Positions 63,701-64,000 of a DNA stretch of 64,000 bases are shown piece after piece. Below the pieces are notes generated by a model. That model did no database searches. It was given only the letters and a program-made list of their open reading frames with translations, and was not told where the DNA came from. Position 1 is the first letter of the stretch. Each line of letters starts with the position of its first letter. The position numbers were made by a program, and so were the translations under genes. The DNA is from Candidatus Omnitrophota bacterium (GTDB taxonomy: Bacteria > Omnitrophota > Gorgyraeia > Gygaellales > Profunditerraquicolaceae), in the NCBI GenBank assembly GCA_026416665.1, contig JAOAET010000028.1:3706-67705 (forward strand), given 5' to 3'.

Positions 63701-63981
63701 CCACAGCCTCCGTCTTGTTTCTTCTCTCTTTTTTTCTGTAAAAGGCGTATTTTTGTAAGTATAAAATCCTCTAAAATTTCTTCATCTTCTCTATTACGTG
63801 CAACAACTACCCATTCTTTTATAAAAGGATAATGGTTATATGTTCCGTTTAAATCCCCATATTCTTTTATGAAATCTGTGGTTAGAAACAATAATTTTAG
63901 CGTATCTTCCCAAGCAGGTTTTCCAGATATTCGAGAGGTAAAGGAAATGGTAAAGATATGGTCCAAAGTAACAGGGGACAT
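57748..63981 (-). CDS. Giant 2077-aa multidomain protein: HEAT/PBS-lyase repeats, ParB-like (DGHHR), GNAT acetyltransferase, three class-I SAM-methyltransferase domains
   Basis: One uninterrupted 6.2-kb ORF. It carries HEAT_2-like repeats (~aa 370-520), YVVDGHHRVLAA (ParB/Srx fold), HPFLRRQKIGSRL (GNAT motif A), and three MTase cores: VMILGPG...IDFIY...LRPKGIAVF; IVEIGVGAV...VIATD; LLELGCGWGG...IAIDRQ...SIDIVY...LKDKGLFFF. Confidence 0.8.
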   Translation of the reverse strand: MSPVTLDHIFTISFTSRISGKPAWEDTLKLLFLTTDFIKEYGDLNGTYNHYPFIKEWVVVARNREDEEILEDFILTKIRLLQKKREKKQDGGCGTNIDNHEFLEGKERFRVILLREISGTEYYQVLAQDTNGIYYFVIAELILGKLYECWRSEKITAHKKAIDFFYDYIDQPEKALALLKKPVTKQEHRFIQRYPRQKRTKTNDEVFWHQLFVNSPYAGLVFLEDEAFEVVAKGKILRLTTSCDGEPQVVELVDETDFLDKEDIYENIAEGRISISKRHLEALKLAYIEEEALPIRIFYDKVKQLFIVKGGLCFAEIYRFEQEKNNLDGGDQKDKIKFQRKKNKKILNLSYFRKQLSKEDDKKKRMVAAKVLLSLKDERSIKIFVSLLEDEDEQIKLVAMDALLKYGEHAVKELIKFLEKSENTEAKALAVAILGYSRSTQAVEPIINAMAQQELTVVALEALGHLGSKATEFLIETLRISDNELLSFLVVAALALQGRESTPALLKAMANDFNLSVCRHYFEALALMDLKALPACLYYLNRHTSSKLRMVSIVVLNSIKQRHFKKGQPIWTINEFYDGIELSAYLNFWKNYQKNLEERNYDGGKDKKDVSYLTFSREYINEIFSRQKFIHPSDIINDILAIHQDKNTGLNSVTQEKSYVSISELLPTCHICQFEKLILQIYFLANNIKQPLIIWEDIDYQKAKKGIIQYYRYVVDGHHRVLAAMLLDIKKLPATIYTPNKKGVVEFTRDRKNWDEIIISFKKNFIKLKDIKLIEADDKKVSLKINKNNESGKIYNRNCLARDGGEEFWISDKDALELIGRDLIKEIIKRAREIQRSKGFEEANETDNIKIKVENSYLEERFRIVISIGLEYLVWLEISKIDEFCIELSSIHLHPFLRRQKIGSRLVLSICNYFEKHNFKEIQILPLDKKAEKFWNCFGVGYRKAPLGFLPEIKKLKIVIQSYLHKNYSLNTYKDGGEVKLTSFPFLIRATIRIYSPEDNQQGVYKVKAEVLNLFNKKIAEIVAVQTINPTYTKPYNYDGIIIIKTFDKFTNFGQIKFWVSRLSGVIPKKFQEKFSWLEKGNVRFIIDGKFLEKCAEGAKVSFYLSPYPFSKFQKNPKTNKNYLDVFLLLEIAALVWNKVLKPQELCLISWSDIFHPDVWKSKRKTQNSYQLYIDPNTARDFRSRYGKIWSKNWLMQWVKETLLPNQRYARFWNSLIEGCDGGDIDRYKPVVLSFKNQQCTKKDIPAQPGHISLAEEVIAEDATYQGRDHKMYLDAEQRIKESLRCLKQHDISTYEVVMILGPGKWLTEAEYLAERIKPEAIYLVEVLKENVEDLARQIKGKDNLKEKCSVYYMSCLDLKYVFKEKSIDFIYGSLSTGTEILGIEGSKNTWKATNDILRPKGIAVFYNIYYELTWEQRKQTRKREWFSLPQDFPYGPYISSPLEEYQKLMELKGTHRKKGQCKISEDDDIKFNYEGQFYSSTYGELVSWWQKDGGENNSFSIQEHLRRDEIGRAIAYYILQNYSKARKIVEIGVGAVWWVCAYIKKRGPANLEVIATDVNPLLLKETSTALEKYAIDVQVVRDDVTKPCNDIYDNANLIYAIRPYPELTQHLIDLAERIKADLLIYKFPQEIDDQIKMNFEPVRYKKSRHTFYLRKKGMSLNSQKFNITDSSRFGEKKEGLDKEVNKHDGGWLGKLTAQEFKQLVRYRCWGDLTPAEQLDIVLRYVESPEKKRLLELGCGWGGFALIAATKGNFKEVIAIDRQTDTIRLAKEISAYRFLVDFDEGISWKIEEVYKLKKKGINGVSTLPKNLLLRTADAAWLPFIKNSSIDIVYTSTALEDISLPVLKEIVRVLKDKGLFFFDYFSNNRFQFDELLRTSELAGYTAKDIGPTTLIRICKIKSDNDTRKMPESPKTFRDKDGGNLVLPCKERHSRPVPQKQNYKSDISDILECYIPPYHFVGYKLIYFKKDTEKVGALVCIKLGRKKGAGKNTILLTNLQEEINPLSNEFNKNMNSYDTTAKGLPLEWFLRYQNKIFFIMELVNYVDFRILDEIKVEAQKISWRIEKQLLQLSEFTGSV

Positions 63982-64000
63982 AAAAATCTCAAAAAACCAG

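Overview
This 64 kb window comes from a low-GC, gene-dense bacterial chromosome. Every credible gene is on the minus strand; the plus-strand ORFs in the track are short and sit inside minus-strand genes. Reading the minus strand from high to low coordinates, the window contains the following.

- **57748..63981:** a single 2077-aa giant multidomain protein with HEAT/PBS-lyase repeats, a ParB-like DGHHR motif, a GNAT motif and three class-I SAM-methyltransferase cores. It carries nine regularly spaced DGG tripeptides and is translationally coupled to a PilZ c-di-GMP receptor.
- **46451..57130:** a dense two-component signalling island with 4 histidine kinases, 8 receiver-domain proteins and 2 excisionase/MerR-type HTH units. 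One kinase has a periplasmic CXXCH sensor domain; the island is bracketed by a second PilZ gene.
- **38167..45740 and nearby:** housekeeping genes miaB, miaA, hflX and a TPR-SPOR protein.
- **33578..41137:** a heat-shock supra-operon, clpB-hrcA-grpE-dnaK-dnaJ, with a CIRCE-like operator upstream of clpB and a MerR/HspR-like gene next to it.
- **25626..33532:** accD, a sugar ABC ATPase, ROK glucokinase, transaldolase and lptD.
- **17881..25033:** a type IV pilus locus (pilA, minor pilins, a PilX-like gene, pilMNOPQ).
- **8841..17599:** RNase E/G, rplU, obg, proB, proA, nadD, rpe, a phosphohexomutase, plsC, rpsA and tyrS.
- **1..5850:** a nucleotide-sugar island (manC, ugd, UDP-xylose synthase, rmlA, an RmlD-like reductase, and rmlB partial at the edge).

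The main candidates for undescribed biology are the giant protein with its PilZ partner and the neighbouring signalling array. A lesser candidate is a promoter-plus-terminator unit that defines a putative ~140 nt sRNA between lptD and pilA. All functional calls rest on protein-motif recognition by eye; no database searches were run.
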